Assembly (NCBI GenBank): GCA_951406725.2 | Contig: OX597827.1 | Location: forward strand, 79,670,001 to 79,734,000 | From: Octopus vulgaris | Lineage: Eukaryota | Direction: 5' to 3' | DNA: 64,000 bases | Shown here: piece by piece, positions 62,860-64,000 of the stretch | How positions within the stretch are numbered: position 1 is the first letter of the stretch | How the letters are laid out: the number at the start of each line of letters is the position of its first letter | The notes under the pieces: model-generated | Seen by the model: the letters and a program-made list of their open reading frames with translations, nothing else | Told to the model about the DNA's origin: nothing | The model's database searches: none | Made by a program: the position numbers and the translations under genes

Positions 62860-64000
62860 CACTGCAGTGGGTTTTCAAGAAACCATGGTTGTATTGTCAA
62901 GAGGTGTACGCTTGCTTTGTTGACCTCAAAAGGGCATACAACTGCATTCCACAGGACTTGTTGTGGAAGGTTCTGCAGGAGGATGGGATTGAGGGACTGC
63001 TTCTTGTCGTCTTCAAGTTCCTACATATATGTCCTAGTATTTGTGTTTGGATAAATGTTGCCAAGTTGTAATCATTCAATATGGATGTTGGACTCTGCTA
63101 AGCGTGTGTACTGTCACCTCCCCTGTTCATAATCTTTATGGACAGGATTGACATGCACAGCCAGGTTGGAATCAGTATCAAGACTGGCAGATGTAGGATC
63201 AGGTGGCTAGAATTTGCAGATGCATGGTACCACTCAGTTCATTGGGAGGTGGTTGCCAATGTGCACATTAGAAGTTTCCTACCAAGTGCTGCTCAGCAGG
63301 AATGAATATTAGTATTCTCAAGACTGAGACACTCATCTTCTCAAAGAAGCCTGCTTAATGTACTCTTACATGTGAGTGGAGTTGCACTGAAGCAGGTGGG
63401 GAAGTTCAAGTGTCTTGGGGTCATCTTCATGAATGATGGAAGACAGGAGGACGAATTAGGTGCAGTAATGGTGCCAGTTCAACATTCGGTCATCAGAAGA
63501 TGGGATTTAGATGTAAAAATCAAACTCGCTATCTTCAATTCGGTATTTGTACCTACCCCTACCTTTGGTCATGAATCTTGGGTAATGCCTGAAAGACTAC
63601 GATTGCATATAGAAGCAAGATGGGGATTTCCACCCAACAAAGGGTTGTTGAAGTAACAGTAATCAATAAAGTGCATAGCTTGGAGATCAGAGAGGCACTC
63701 CAGATAGAGCCACCACTTATCTGAATTGAAAGGTCACAGCTTTGATGTTACAACATGTAAAAATTACTCTGGAATGCATTTCTGAATAAGTATTATGGGC
63801 AAAACCAAACAGCAAGAGACCCCCCAGGGGTAGAGAACAAACTTAATGATTGGATGACATTCATGAGCTTGGTTGGTCTCACTTGGGAATCCAGCCAATC
63901 AATTGGGGACAATTGCTTTTGAGGGGACATGATGGAAGGCATGCTTGAGGACTCTGTCCCAGCGACCCTACCAGGATTAAATGGGCAAAGAAGATGAGAT
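62860..64000 (+). mobile_element. Decayed RTE LINE (Rex3/Expander-like)
   Basis: YACFVDLKRAY..LLWKVL, LSPPLFIIFMDRI, LKQVGKFKCLGVIF, FVPTPTFGHESWV; 3' end gcgaccct..ggatt..gaagatgagat. Confidence 0.8.

Overview
AT-rich, microsatellite-dense eukaryotic DNA, intronic or intergenic. The SINE/LINE content suggests an Octopus-type cephalopod genome (inference). No intact host protein-coding gene is supported: most listed ORFs are translations of (TA)n/(CA)n/(GA)n repeats or antisense shadows of transposon ORFs. The window is a patchwork of mobile elements: a young RTE-clade LINE family (3 long copies plus about 10 short 3' fragments), CR1-like LINEs, BovB-like and Rex3-like RTEs, an R4/Dong-like fragment next to a (TAA)n run, Penelope-like elements, Tc1/mariner relics and several SINE families. 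Three observations stand out. (1) The dominant RTE carries a complete C4HC3 PHD-type zinc finger inside its reverse transcriptase core. (2) Its 3'UTR holds a variable-copy tandem array of ~60-nt modules, each able to fold into a compact H-type pseudoknot. (3) Several palindromic elements carry minimal type I hammerhead-like motifs of the Penelope kind. All folds, family names and boundaries were read by eye and need computational confirmation.
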